Source: a virus (taxonomy: Duplodnaviria; Caudoviricetes). Taken from it: a DNA stretch of 37,003 nucleotides. The stretch spans positions 1 to 37,003 of the IMG/VR virus record IMGVR_UViG_3300032253_000016. The stretch is one strand, 5' to 3'. The translations under genes were made by a program, and so were the position numbers. The notes below the pieces were generated by a model. It was given only the letters and a program-made list of their open reading frames with translations, was not told the DNA's origin and searched no databases. Below, one piece after another: positions 16,256 through 26,039 of the stretch. Each line of letters starts with the position of its first letter. Position 1 is the stretch's first letter.

Positions 16256-17226
16256 CAAACTGATTCCGCATCTACTGTACAACGATAACCTTTATCATCA
16301 ATAACATGGCTAACATCTAAAGTTGACCATTCACCATCAACACCATCACGCCACTCCTTCATTAATACTGAAGATTCAGCAACCAAATCACCGCGACCAG
16401 GTAACGTAAAATTAAGATCACCAGAAGTACGTTGTAATCTTTTATATTTAGCTTTGGCCGCTGCTTCTGCTTCAGCTTTTGTTGCCTTAGTTCCTTTAAC
16501 TTCATAAACAGGTGTTCCCTCACCTGCTAAAACATTAAGCGTTTTCGCCTCTTTAAAATCGTAATACTTAACCATTACAGCACCGTATTTTGAACGGTCA
16601 TTCCGAGTAACACCGCCCGTACTAATATCACCTGGTCTCAACGTAATAACAGGTAATGCTGCCTGAGTTTTAGCCGAAACTTTACCCGCTCGTGGCATAA
16701 ACAAAAGGTAGCCACCTGCAATTTTAAATGTAGCGCCATAGTCTTTCTTCAGACGTGTCAACAAATGCAAATCACTTTCAGATGTTTGGTCAATATGAAC
16801 AATGCTCTCACTCTCTAAATCAGGATGAATAAAAGCTTCATAATTATGATCAGCCGCAATTGTGTTAACAATATCGCCAAGCGTAACCTCATCCCATGAA
16901 CGAGAACGGGGAGCTTTAATTTCATCTTTAAAATTTGTCGCATGAGCTTTAATTGTCATAGTGCGCGGGACCAAACCGAAATCGACAAAATCGTAAACAA
17001 ACTTTCCTCTGTACGATAATTTTTTATTTTTATAGCCCATCCAAACTTCAAACTTTGTTCCCGTTATTGGTGTCTCAAGCAAACCATCGCGATCATCAAG
17101 CACCAACGACATTGAATCTGATTCTGTGTCAACTGAATCATTTATGCTAAGTGATATAAAACGATCACGAATACGCTTTGTAATATTTTTACCACCAACC
17201 ACTTTAATCATAAAATCTGGCGTCAC
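16255..17226 (-). CDS. Late control D-like baseplate hub protein
   Basis: SDS..LVLDDRDG, RSRSW, HIDQTSESDLHLLTRL and DGEW motifs. Confidence 0.92.
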   Translation of the reverse strand: MTPDFMIKVVGGKNITKRIRDRFISLSINDSVDTESDSMSLVLDDRDGLLETPITGTKFEVWMGYKNKKLSYRGKFVYDFVDFGLVPRTMTIKAHATNFKDEIKAPRSRSWDEVTLGDIVNTIAADHNYEAFIHPDLESESIVHIDQTSESDLHLLTRLKKDYGATFKIAGGYLLFMPRAGKVSAKTQAALPVITLRPGDISTGGVTRNDRSKYGAVMVKYYDFKEAKTLNVLAGEGTPVYEVKGTKATKAEAEAAAKAKYKRLQRTSGDLNFTLPGRGDLVAESSVLMKEWRDGVDGEWSTLDVSHVIDDKGYRCTVDAESV

Positions 17227-17250
17227 ATTAATAACCCTTTATAGCTAACA

Positions 17251-17463
17251 CTAAGACCACAAATTTACCTGCTCTGTATCTGTTTCATTGCCTGACACAT
17301 CTGGTAGCGTCACCAAAGTACCCACCGGTAATTCAACACCTAAAGCAGCTACACCAGGATTAGCAACCAACACTTGTTCGATTATTCCAGAACTTTGACC
17401 ATAATAGTGATGGCAAATTTCATCCAACATATCACCCTCTTTACAGCGGTATTGAACAGCCAT
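17251..17463 (-). CDS. Tail protein X (P2 gpX-like)
   Basis: GDMLDEICHHYYG...VLVANPG...LPVGT.V.LPD...VNLW. Confidence 0.93.
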   Translation of the reverse strand: MAVQYRCKEGDMLDEICHHYYGQSSGIIEQVLVANPGVAALGVELPVGTLVTLPDVSGNETDTEQVNLWS

Positions 17464-17465
17464 GA

Positions 17466-17963
17466 TTATCTAACCAAACTCGCCAACCCTTCAGGTTGAT
17501 CTTTTCCATAACGAGACAAGTTCATATTGAAAATTATTTTTCGTGGCGTACTATCAGAGTTAAGAATTGTTCGTACTTCTTCTACGCGCAAAATAGCCCA
17601 TTCGTCATAAACGATCCCTCTTCCATCCACCAGAATCATTGGTTTGCCCAAACCCGCTAATTCACGCATCGCTTGTACTTGACTAATTCCACCAGCATAC
17701 TCAGGATAAATAGTACCTTTCAGATCAATTGTCTCAGGCCCAATCCCTGTGTGTTGCAAAGAAGGACGGCGGCCAACCCGTGCTTGACTAGCCCAGCGAT
17801 ATTCAGCAGCATGAGTAAACGATTCAAAAGCAGCCGTATCTGTAGCAAACATAAACGGGCCCAACATCATCATTACGGGGCCTGAATGTTTTAGCTGCGT
17901 AGAAACAGCATCAATGCCCTCGCGAAGACGAGATAAATCAGTAAGCGAAGTAATAATAGACAT
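17466..17963 (-). CDS. Tail protein U (P2 gpU-like)
   Basis: MMMLGPFMF, YRWASQARVG, Q.TG.G...I.L.G and PRKI.F motifs. Confidence 0.9.
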   Translation of the reverse strand: MSIITSLTDLSRLREGIDAVSTQLKHSGPVMMMLGPFMFATDTAAFESFTHAAEYRWASQARVGRRPSLQHTGIGPETIDLKGTIYPEYAGGISQVQAMRELAGLGKPMILVDGRGIVYDEWAILRVEEVRTILNSDSTPRKIIFNMNLSRYGKDQPEGLASLVR

Positions 17964-20086
17964 TAATCCACCTCATCATGATCATAACCAAAATTATTTT
18001 TGGAGCCTCGACGAGCTGCCGCATTAAGCTTTTCAGCAGTTAATTCGGCTAAACGTTCTTCATTCATACCAGGAGCAGCTTGTACTGTGATAGGTGCTGA
18101 TATCTTTACTGAGGTTGCACTTTTATTATTTGCAGCCACAGGTGATGTAGCAATAATTGAAGACAAGGCAGCCGCTGTTGTTGCGTTACGCACACGTGAT
18201 AGTTTTCTATTACTACTGCCAGAACTTCCACCAGCATCATTAACCCAATCAGCCACAGTGCTACCAATAGAACGACCAAAATCAACAACAGCATTAAAAG
18301 GTGCACTGATTTTTTTCCAAACATCGCCGATCCAGGTAGCAAAGGATTGCCAGTAGGGTTTAACATCATCCCAGATAGTAAGGAAAAAACTTTTTACCGT
18401 ATCCCAGTTAGCCACAACAAGTCCCGCAGCTAAAGCAATGCCACCAATAATAAGACCGACAGGATTAGCCATCATAGCAACACCTATAACGCGAAAAGCA
18501 GTAGCAACTAAACCAAGCGTCCCTTTCAACATTCCAAAAACTTTGCCTAGCAACATTCCCGCATCAGTAAATAAAGTAAAGCCAAACTTACCTACAACAG
18601 TCGCAGCTTTAAGAGCAAATACACCTGCAACTACTGCCATGATTGTCTTCGCTAACTCTGGATTTTGCTGTATAGCTTTACCCACGGTTTGAGTTATACC
18701 AATCAAAGGATTTAATGCCTGATTTAATGCAGGTAACAAACTCCCCGCTAAAGTCATACCAACAAGACGAACATTATTACCAAATATTTTTAATTGACCA
18801 GGCGCACTTTCAACAAATTTTTCGTAAGATTTATTCACTACTCCTTTAGAACTATTGGCAACATCGTCTTGTGCTGCTCGCAATTTTCCCATTTGCTTCC
18901 CAAGAAGCGTTACCCCACGAATACCTTCTTCACCAAAGACTTTTTGTAGGTCATCAATCGTTTCTTGATCCATACCATCAAAACCACCAATCGATTCTGA
19001 CAAATTTTCCATAGTTGCAATAAAATCAAGTTGACCTTTTTCATTGCGCACCATTTCAAAGCCAAACTCTTGTGATGCCTTAGACATATTTCGCATAGTG
19101 GCAGCAAAAGCCGTTCCCGCCTGAGAACCTTGTAGTCCCGCACTATTCATTGCCCCCATAATAGTGACGCCTTGTGCAAGCTCCATGCTGTACTGTGCAA
19201 TGGTTGGAGTGGCGTATTTAAGTGATTCACCTAGTTGACCAAAATCACGAATCTGAAACTTAAATTGTGTTTTAGCAAGCAAGTCACCAATGCGCTCTAT
19301 CTTTTGTTGTGTGTTGCCTTCTAAACTATTTCCTAAATTATTAAATACCGTGGCTACCACTTCACCTACTTGCTCCGGTGCCCCCTTGGTGACCGTTGCA
19401 ACTTTGGCTACAATGCTCGAACCAACTCTTGCCGCTTCAGCCTCAAATCCAGCTGACGAAAGTGCGTACTGAATACCCAACATGTCTGTCTCATTTGTGA
19501 GACCTTTTCGTGCAAAAGCAACAGAATGTTTACGAGCCTTAACCAGGGCTTTACCAACATTATTAGAAATAATAACAGTGTCTAGCCGAGTGCTTGCCTC
19601 TTCAAAACCTAATGCCCCACTAAACTGACGTCCTATCGCATAAGCACCACCTATCAACCCAAGTGCCGAACCCTTGAGACTGCTACGAACTTGTTGATTA
19701 CGTTGCCGACGCTCAAGCCTAGCCATTTGTTTTTCAGAATGACTTACCGAACGGCTAAATATTTGGTATTTTCGTGCTGCGTCACCAATCTCAATGCCAT
19801 GTTTACCGGCACTAAGTGTTGCCTTCTTAAATTTTCGCTCTGTATCCGCTATTTTTTTATTAAGTTGCTCGCTACTTTCACCAGTTTTTGCCTGCTGAGC
19901 CTTGAGTTTTTCAAGGCGGCGTTTATACTTAAGTACATCACCAGAGAGCGCCTTTCCTAATCGCGCCTTTTTAAGAGATTGCCCGAGTTGTTGCGACTGC
20001 TGTTGAACTGTACGAAATGCACTACCAACACCAGCACCAACGCTGGCACCAATCACTAAACCAAGAGCAAGGGACTTTTCAGGCAT
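17963..20086 (-). CDS. Tail tape measure protein
   Basis: 707 aa, Ala/Gly-rich; GSQAGTA core, ANPVGL motif and aromatic periodic C-terminal repeats. Confidence 0.95.
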   Translation of the reverse strand: MPEKSLALGLVIGASVGAGVGSAFRTVQQQSQQLGQSLKKARLGKALSGDVLKYKRRLEKLKAQQAKTGESSEQLNKKIADTERKFKKATLSAGKHGIEIGDAARKYQIFSRSVSHSEKQMARLERRQRNQQVRSSLKGSALGLIGGAYAIGRQFSGALGFEEASTRLDTVIISNNVGKALVKARKHSVAFARKGLTNETDMLGIQYALSSAGFEAEAARVGSSIVAKVATVTKGAPEQVGEVVATVFNNLGNSLEGNTQQKIERIGDLLAKTQFKFQIRDFGQLGESLKYATPTIAQYSMELAQGVTIMGAMNSAGLQGSQAGTAFAATMRNMSKASQEFGFEMVRNEKGQLDFIATMENLSESIGGFDGMDQETIDDLQKVFGEEGIRGVTLLGKQMGKLRAAQDDVANSSKGVVNKSYEKFVESAPGQLKIFGNNVRLVGMTLAGSLLPALNQALNPLIGITQTVGKAIQQNPELAKTIMAVVAGVFALKAATVVGKFGFTLFTDAGMLLGKVFGMLKGTLGLVATAFRVIGVAMMANPVGLIIGGIALAAGLVVANWDTVKSFFLTIWDDVKPYWQSFATWIGDVWKKISAPFNAVVDFGRSIGSTVADWVNDAGGSSGSSNRKLSRVRNATTAAALSSIIATSPVAANNKSATSVKISAPITVQAAPGMNEERLAELTAEKLNAAARRGSKNNFGYDHDEVD

Positions 20087-20249
20087 GGCTTATTTACTCT
20101 TTACCGCTGTTTTTTTAATTGAACCGTTGTTCATGTCCGTTCCTTATTCTGATGGCCTAGATATCTCATTTGGTCACGCCTTACTTGCTGGTTTTGTCGC
20201 AGTGATAACTTCACTGCTTGTTGATTATCGTTCTGCTAATAAATATTAA
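20085..20249 (+). CDS. Unannotated antisense 54-aa membrane protein
   Basis: Manual translation MAYLLFTAVFLIEPLFMSVPYSDGLDISFGHALLAGFVAVITSLLVDYRSANKY; fills the gap between the E' stop and the TMP start exactly. Confidence 0.55.
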   Translation: MAYLLFTAVFLIEPLFMSVPYSDGLDISFGHALLAGFVAVITSLLVDYRSANKY

Positions 20250-20628
20250 GCACCATTAATCACTTTTAACAATCCTTCCGCTTCTTCAGCCCAACCCAGC
20301 AAATCATCCACGTCCATTTCTTCAAGCACTGGCAAGGGTTGATGAAAGACGTGCATCACCAACCCGCAAGCTGCCCTTACTTTGTGCCAGGGGACAAAAA
20401 ACCGGTATACGTTTCCTGTAGTTTTTGATAATCAAGCAAATCTAATTCATCAATAACCTTGGTATCAACGTCACAAAGATTCGCGAACAAAGTAATTTCC
20501 CGTCCTTCATCATTGGTGCCTGACTTATTAGCAGCTTTTTGATCAAGCACTTTGGGGCGACGCATATTAAGGCGTTCAATTTTTTCGCCATCAACTACAG
20601 CGGGATAATCTAATTTTATTTCACTCAT
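20246..20628 (-). CDS. Tail assembly chaperone E (20377-20628) and -1 frameshift product E+E'
   Basis: MRRPKVLD...LFANLC...DY..LQ; slippery GGTTTTTTG at ~20403-20395; the -1 frame reads VPWHKVRAACGLVMHVFHQPLPVLEEMDVDDLLGWAEEA to stop 20246, resembling P2 gpE'. Confidence 0.9.
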
Positions 20629-20663
20629 TGTTTATTACCTTTTTTTAAAATTTAATTTAATAA

Positions 20664-21167
20664 TTACAAACCAAGCGCTGTTCGTTGCTCGGCGAGTTGA
20701 TCATTACCATCAATAATACGTGTCATACCCTCAACATCAATTTCGTGAATAACATCTGAACCATGTGTTAGTTTGTAATATTTTAAAGCCACCATGCATT
20801 TAAGAGGTGCCTTATCACCTGGCTTCCAATTGCCATAATCAAGCTCTTTTAGTTTTCCTTTGAGATTAAATTTTACAGGTGTCGTCGTACCGTCTTCCGA
20901 TTCAAGTGCGCCACGGATAGTTAGTTCTGTACTGTTTCCTGCGGAAAGCCCGAAAAGTTTAAGAACTTCTTTATCAAAAGACAGCAAGGAAAAACCAAAC
21001 TCTAATTTTTCCATTCCTGTTTCAATTTCAATCGGAATATCCATGCCACCACCCCGATGCTCTTCAGTTTTTAGAGTGATTTTTGGTGGGTTTAATTCTT
21101 CAACCTTTCCTGCTTTGCCCCGTCCATCCACAAACAAGTTCATGTTTTTTAAAATATCAGTAACCAT
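20664..21167 (-). CDS. Major tail tube protein (P2 FII-like)
   Basis: LKNMNLFVDG, RGGGMD, YYKL and EID....IIDG.DQL..R.ALG motifs. Confidence 0.95.
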   Translation of the reverse strand: MVTDILKNMNLFVDGRGKAGKVEELNPPKITLKTEEHRGGGMDIPIEIETGMEKLEFGFSLLSFDKEVLKLFGLSAGNSTELTIRGALESEDGTTTPVKFNLKGKLKELDYGNWKPGDKAPLKCMVALKYYKLTHGSDVIHEIDVEGMTRIIDGNDQLAEQRTALGL

Positions 21168-21202
21168 TTTTTTCTCCTTGCTTCTTTTTAATAAGCTAAG
21201 TA

Positions 21203-22606
21203 TTAAAAGATTGATTCAATGTAATCGTTCACCATGTGAGAACGGAATGTGATTTTTTCTGCTGGTGATGGCGGTGTAAAATCAAAATCAAAATAAACTT
21301 TACCTGCTGCAATTTCTGTTGGCGTATTTAGTTCAGGGTCTACCCAACATTCACCACCAAGAATTGCGCCGATGTTCTTTAAATGACGAAGATATGCATT
21401 AACACCTTCCGTTACATCTTCTAAATATGTTTTTGTGATGTTTCGGTCAACTGCCCACATGTGTGCTTTGAGTAATGATTCATTAATCATGTCAGCGGTA
21501 CGCACGACAGAAAGGAACGCCCACTTCGGATCAGAACTACAAGTACGATTACCCCATATGCGATAACCTTCTTTACGAATAATTGTCGCTACTTCATTTT
21601 CATTAAGGTAGTTAGCGCGAGAATTAGGATCACCAAGTGTAAAATCGACAGCGCGATCAGTTCCAACAATGCCATACATTTCTCGGTTAGAGGGAGACCA
21701 CCAGAAACCACGTTCATTATCTGACTTAGCAATCAAACCACAAACACGTGCAGAAGCCGGTTGACTCACAGCACTATTGCTGTCGGTGTCCCAAACCTTA
21801 GTCGCGGGGTCAACAACATAAACACGACGACTGCCATAATCATTACGATAAGTAATCGCATCAGCATCATTTGTATTTGGCCCGTCAGCAATTATTGCTG
21901 AACGTAATTGATCAGCAATACCTAACATTTCAGCCACAACAGGGTTAACTAAACCGCCAGGGCGATCAGATGTATAACCAGGAGCACATAAAAGTTTAGG
22001 CGCAACATGCACAACCGACTCAGCAGCCAGTAATGCATGAACACCTGTGTAAGCACCAGTCCCTCCATCAACGCCACCAAGTACATCTGCGCTCGTGACT
22101 AATGATGCATCAGGGCGATCATATGCAATATTAAGCGTAGCACCCGCTGCAATACTACCTGTGCTGACGCGCGTAAATACACCTGTATCACTATCAAAGG
22201 TGTAATCGGTATCTATTACATATGTTGTAACATTATCTTCCGACTTAACAACTTCATTTAAAATATAATCGTGTGCAACTTCCAATGTATTTTTGGTTGC
22301 ATCAAGCGTATAAGCTGTTGAAGCAACCGCTGCCTTATGAGTAGCAGGGTCTAACACATTAATCACCACAACCACTGCACCAGCCATATCAAAAATTGCA
22401 TCAAGCGCATCAGGGATGGTGCCAATATCTAAACCAAATTGTTTAACCGCTTCTGTACGACTTCCAACGATTAATGTTGGAACATTAACAGGGCCTTTAG
22501 GTGCTGCACCGACTAAACCAATAACGCTAGAGCGAACAGTTTGAATTGGCCGTGCGCCTTCGTCGATCTCAACGACTTCGATTCCATGTAAGAATTGTTC
22601 GGGCAT
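21203..22606 (-). CDS. Tail sheath protein (P2 FI-like)
   Basis: FLHGIEVVEI, GFWWSPSN, LNENEVATII, WGNRT and P..PAE motifs. Confidence 0.96.
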   Translation of the reverse strand: MPEQFLHGIEVVEIDEGARPIQTVRSSVIGLVGAAPKGPVNVPTLIVGSRTEAVKQFGLDIGTIPDALDAIFDMAGAVVVVINVLDPATHKAAVASTAYTLDATKNTLEVAHDYILNEVVKSEDNVTTYVIDTDYTFDSDTGVFTRVSTGSIAAGATLNIAYDRPDASLVTSADVLGGVDGGTGAYTGVHALLAAESVVHVAPKLLCAPGYTSDRPGGLVNPVVAEMLGIADQLRSAIIADGPNTNDADAITYRNDYGSRRVYVVDPATKVWDTDSNSAVSQPASARVCGLIAKSDNERGFWWSPSNREMYGIVGTDRAVDFTLGDPNSRANYLNENEVATIIRKEGYRIWGNRTCSSDPKWAFLSVVRTADMINESLLKAHMWAVDRNITKTYLEDVTEGVNAYLRHLKNIGAILGGECWVDPELNTPTEIAAGKVYFDFDFTPPSPAEKITFRSHMVNDYIESIF

Positions 22607-22608
22607 GA

Positions 22609-22815
22609 TTATTTCGCTCCTTTGTCAGATTTATTTTTTGTTGTAGTCGGTTTAGTTTCATCAGGCTTACCAGTAGTTTTTTTAGACAAAACTATTTTTT
22701 TAGCAAGCACGTGATATTTCGCTTGCCGCTCAGTTAAATTCACCTTCCTGCCTTTGCGACACACTTCATCGTTAATATTTGTATCCACAAGAACGTCATA
22801 TTCTTCTTTTTGCAT
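22609..22815 (-). CDS. Hypothetical basic virion-associated protein (68 aa)
   Basis: Start ATG 22815 with GGGAG RBS; V.LTERQAKY motif; lies before the sheath gene. Confidence 0.65.
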   Translation of the reverse strand: MQKEEYDVLVDTNINDEVCRKGRKVNLTERQAKYHVLAKKIVLSKKTTGKPDETKPTTTKNKSDKGAK

Positions 22816-22831
22816 ATCAGTCTCCCGTGCT

Positions 22832-23041
22832 TTATTGCACCTTATAAGTTCCAGCAGAACTACCACCGGTAACGGGGACGTCTGCATTAGTTTGAATTTC
22901 TTCAATTATTCCTGCACATAACGCTGTTAGCATTGCATCACGATAAGCTGAAGGATCACCGCCACCATCAACCTGTACAGCAGGTACGGCATCCATTGCT
23001 GCTTTAACCTTTAGCATCATTGAATTTGAATCTAACGCCAT
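22832..23041 (-). CDS. Hypothetical protein downstream of the spike gene (69 aa)
   Basis: Starts immediately after the gpV stop; ends VTGGSSAGTYKV. Confidence 0.7.
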   Translation of the reverse strand: MALDSNSMMLKVKAAMDAVPAVQVDGGGDPSAYRDAMLTALCAGIIEEIQTNADVPVTGGSSAGTYKVQ

Positions 23042-23638
23042 TTACTTGCTCGCTTTAACTGTTGCAGAAATTTGTGGATGTGGCTGTCCCGTTATTGCAC
23101 ATCGACAATCTCCTTGAACAAGACCTTTAACTGCTCCACCGCCATCTAAACTAATGGTGTCTGCAATAACGCTGGCAGCACCACCCGCAGTTACATCAGC
23201 TTTTCCGCCAACAACAGCATCAAGATTTCCAGTTGTATTTAATGCAACATCACCACCATTGACTGTTATCGTCATCTTATGAGTCGTTTCGTTGTATTCA
23301 ACAAAAGAACCATCGCTATAATTTGTACGGCGTATTTTTGGATCTGCCGAAGGCGCAGGATGTGCGTTTGAATAGAGTGATGGTAATACCACTGCTTGCG
23401 CTGGGTCACCACAAGGCGATAACACCACAACTTGCTCACCCACCTCCGGTGCCCACCATTCAGTGCTTGCTCCAGCACGGCGTGTCAACCACGGCAACCA
23501 ACCTGTAGCGTTCCCACCAACTTCAACACGGATTAATGACTTTGGATAATCTGCTGAATGTACCGTGCCGAACTTAATTAAATTGAAAAGTCGGCGTTGT
23601 AACTCAACAATATCCAATTGTTGTTCGTTAGCGTTCAT
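23042..23638 (-). CDS. Baseplate assembly protein V (spike)
   Basis: TGWLPWLTRRAG...WWAPEVGEQVVVLSPCGD and C-terminal HxH-like metal site; start ATG 23638. Confidence 0.93.
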   Translation of the reverse strand: MNANEQQLDIVELQRRLFNLIKFGTVHSADYPKSLIRVEVGGNATGWLPWLTRRAGASTEWWAPEVGEQVVVLSPCGDPAQAVVLPSLYSNAHPAPSADPKIRRTNYSDGSFVEYNETTHKMTITVNGGDVALNTTGNLDAVVGGKADVTAGGAASVIADTISLDGGGAVKGLVQGDCRCAITGQPHPQISATVKASK

Positions 23639-23639
23639 C

Positions 23640-24137
23640 TTATGCATTAACCTGATTATGTGGTTCGTTATTAAATGAAACATAAAGTTCAGTCGGTAAA
23701 ACACCATCACCATCCCAAACTGACGTACCCACTCTAATGTCGTGATCCCATTCAACCGACCACACTTTGTAACCTTCTAATTCTTCTTTAAAATTATCTT
23801 CACCTACAAAATTAATTTTTGCAGCGCCGACCGGTTGACCAAAACGGCTGGCTTTATAAACAGCATGTGCCACGGTTATTGCAAGATTACGTACTTCTAA
23901 GTCTGCGTTATCTAAAATCGGATCATAAATACAATAAGCGCGCATCTTCACAGTTAAACAAAGCTGTTCTGTACCTTCATCTTTTGCAGGTTCAATAGAC
24001 GGGGCTGTTTCTAATAAAACACCTGGTAAGATAATTTTAGAATCGTGATCAAGATCAGGATACGCGGCACAAGATTGCAAGCCAGTAACATCCAGCAATA
24101 AACGTGCAGTAATTGCATTATGTAAATCAGTTAACAC
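23640..24137 (-). CDS. Tail completion/terminator-like protein
   Basis: LHNAI..., GTEQL, VWSVEW and GTSVW motifs; position between gpZ-like and gpV genes. Confidence 0.7.
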   Translation of the reverse strand: MLTDLHNAITARLLLDVTGLQSCAAYPDLDHDSKIILPGVLLETAPSIEPAKDEGTEQLCLTVKMRAYCIYDPILDNADLEVRNLAITVAHAVYKASRFGQPVGAAKINFVGEDNFKEELEGYKVWSVEWDHDIRVGTSVWDGDGVLPTELYVSFNNEPHNQVNA

Positions 24138-24669
24138 TTTTCATTACCTTATTAATTTCATAGTTAACTTCCTGTTCCATTAACACTAAAAAACGATCTT
24201 CAATCTTAAGATCCATTTCACGATAAACTTTGCTTGCTTGCTCGCTTATATCCAATTGTTGCTCATCAATCTTCAGTCTGGCTTTTCCCCGACGTTTAAA
24301 AACACCTTTATGACCAGATGGCATTGTTGCGACAAAACTTCCTGGGAAGCGGTGTCTACCCACTGTTACACCCGCGCGTGTTTGTTGTGGATTTCCTAAC
24401 ATGCTGGCACGAATTTTAAATAACCCCATCCAAACTTTTGCTTTTAAGGCACGAGGATCATCACGATAAATACGCAAACGTTTCTTAAAAAATTTAGCAG
24501 CAACTTTTGTTTCTTTACTTAATGCGCGGCTAAATTGAGTATTGACCCACTTTGCAGTTTTATACACTGTGCGATAAGCGGCCGCATGAATGCGTTCATC
24601 AGCTATACCAAGCGCACCAACCATATTTGCGTAATCTTGCTTATCAAAATCTAAAGTGATATCAATCAT
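24127..24669 (-). CDS. Minor tail protein Z-like
   Basis: Basic protein with GVTVGRHRFPGSFVATMPSGHKGVFKRRGKARL motif. Confidence 0.82.
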   Translation of the reverse strand: MIDITLDFDKQDYANMVGALGIADERIHAAAYRTVYKTAKWVNTQFSRALSKETKVAAKFFKKRLRIYRDDPRALKAKVWMGLFKIRASMLGNPQQTRAGVTVGRHRFPGSFVATMPSGHKGVFKRRGKARLKIDEQQLDISEQASKVYREMDLKIEDRFLVLMEQEVNYEINKVMKSVN

Positions 24670-24670
24670 T

Positions 24671-24976
24671 TTAAATGCCTATGAATTTCATAAGGACAGC
24701 ACCAACAATTAAGAACACACTGCGCTCAAATAACTTATCCATAAAGCCAACAGATTTTTTTGTACCAGGTGCAGCAACCTCTAACACCCTAATACGTTTT
24801 TCATGATCTTCTACCTCGCGACCAATACGTCCCACGGCATCACTTTGTCGTTTAATATCACCATCCAGACGAATCAAGTCATGCAAAGCCTTAGTGAGTT
24901 CTTTAATGTCTGAACGCACACCAGAAAACTGGTTACTAAAATCTTTTTTAAGTTGTTCAATTTCGGTGTCGCTCAT
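24671..24976 (-). CDS. Coiled-coil protein with C-terminal TM helix (possible holin-like)
   Basis: DHEKRIRVLE coiled coil followed by SVFLIVGAVLMKFIGI. Confidence 0.55.
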   Translation of the reverse strand: MSDTEIEQLKKDFSNQFSGVRSDIKELTKALHDLIRLDGDIKRQSDAVGRIGREVEDHEKRIRVLEVAAPGTKKSVGFMDKLFERSVFLIVGAVLMKFIGI

Positions 24977-25272
24977 TTTGGCCTCAATACTAAAGTGGTC
25001 ATACCTGAACCATCTGGTTTTGGTGCTTTAACGACATCATAATTTTTATCGTTAAAATCTAAAACGCTGCCCTTTACGGCAGTAGCCAAGACAGCGTCTT
25101 GTGCTGTAAAGGTTGGTTCACGAAGACCAGTACGCAAAGTACCAATCTCCGGTTGCAACCAGGGCGCATCAAACTTGCCGCGTACAAGATTGCCATCCAA
25201 CAAAGCATCATCACCTACTGCACTCAGGATGGCGGTATCATATGCTGCAAAGTCTTTTTCAAATGAGCCCAT
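24973..25272 (-). CDS. Head-tail joining protein (lambda gpFII-like)
   Basis: C-terminal Y.V....PDGSGMTTLVL motif; position after capsid-associated genes. Confidence 0.8.
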   Translation of the reverse strand: MGSFEKDFAAYDTAILSAVGDDALLDGNLVRGKFDAPWLQPEIGTLRTGLREPTFTAQDAVLATAVKGSVLDFNDKNYDVVKAPKPDGSGMTTLVLRPK

Positions 25273-25284
25273 CGTTTATTATCT

Positions 25285-25653
25285 TTAACTATATTTCTTT
25301 TCGCCAACCATGCTGATTGCACGTTCAAATGTTGGTCCTGTTCCAGCCACTGCATCAACACCGCGTACAAACTTTTTCAAACCATCAGCACTAACAGTAA
25401 TACTTTCAAATGCAGGGCCTGCATTAGTCACTTGTGTGAAAGAACCATTAGGCACATCGATATAGGTAACATCATCATCACTGTGTTGTAGTTTCGCATC
25501 CAGGGTGGCATCAGCCGCATTACCCGCCGAACTATCCAGAGTGAATTTAACATCACCTTCAAAGTCACTAATATCTTTACCTGCACCATTAGCACTAGCA
25601 GTTACACGAAGTGCAGCAAGAACAGATAACACAACTAAATTTTTCATTTTCAT
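25285..25653 (-). CDS. Putative capsid decoration protein
   Basis: beta-rich, LQHSDD...Y.DV and KKFVR motif; follows the capsid gene. Confidence 0.55.
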   Translation of the reverse strand: MKMKNLVVLSVLAALRVTASANGAGKDISDFEGDVKFTLDSSAGNAADATLDAKLQHSDDDVTYIDVPNGSFTQVTNAGPAFESITVSADGLKKFVRGVDAVAGTGPTFERAISMVGEKKYS

Positions 25654-25720
25654 GGCTTGTTCCTCATTTTATAAATTACAATGTCAGTCATTTTTTAATA
25701 ACTAACTGCTTACAAGAAAA

Positions 25721-25993
25721 TTATTTCTTGCCTTTGTTTTCTTTTTCGGCTTCCTTCTGAGCGGCTTTTTCTTTTTCTGCACGTTCAGCTTGAGCTTTTT
25801 TATATTCAGTTAAACGTTGTTTTGTTTGCTCATCACTAGCCGCTTTCGCACGAGGACGAGACATATTCAACAAAGTCTTGGCGTTGTCAGTACTGATGTC
25901 TTCCGGCACCAATAGTACTTTTCCTTTTTTCACTGGATTACCCATTACGGTAGTGCCAATAACGATAATCAAAGCGCGAATTTTATCTGACAT
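25721..25993 (-). CDS. Hypothetical protein after the capsid gene (90 aa)
   Basis: GGGAG RBS; charged C-terminus. Confidence 0.65.
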   Translation of the reverse strand: MSDKIRALIIVIGTTVMGNPVKKGKVLLVPEDISTDNAKTLLNMSRPRAKAASDEQTKQRLTEYKKAQAERAEKEKAAQKEAEKENKGKK

Positions 25994-26007
25994 AATTTTT
26001 CTCCCTT

Positions 26008-26032
26008 GGCACGCCTATGCTTTAGGCGTGCC
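26008..26032. terminator. Stable hairpin after the capsid gene
   Basis: GGCACGCCTA-TGCTT-TAGGCGTGCC, a perfect 10-bp stem. No U-tract on the minus strand, so it may stabilise mRNA rather than terminate. Confidence 0.55.
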
Positions 26033-26039
26033 GTATTAG

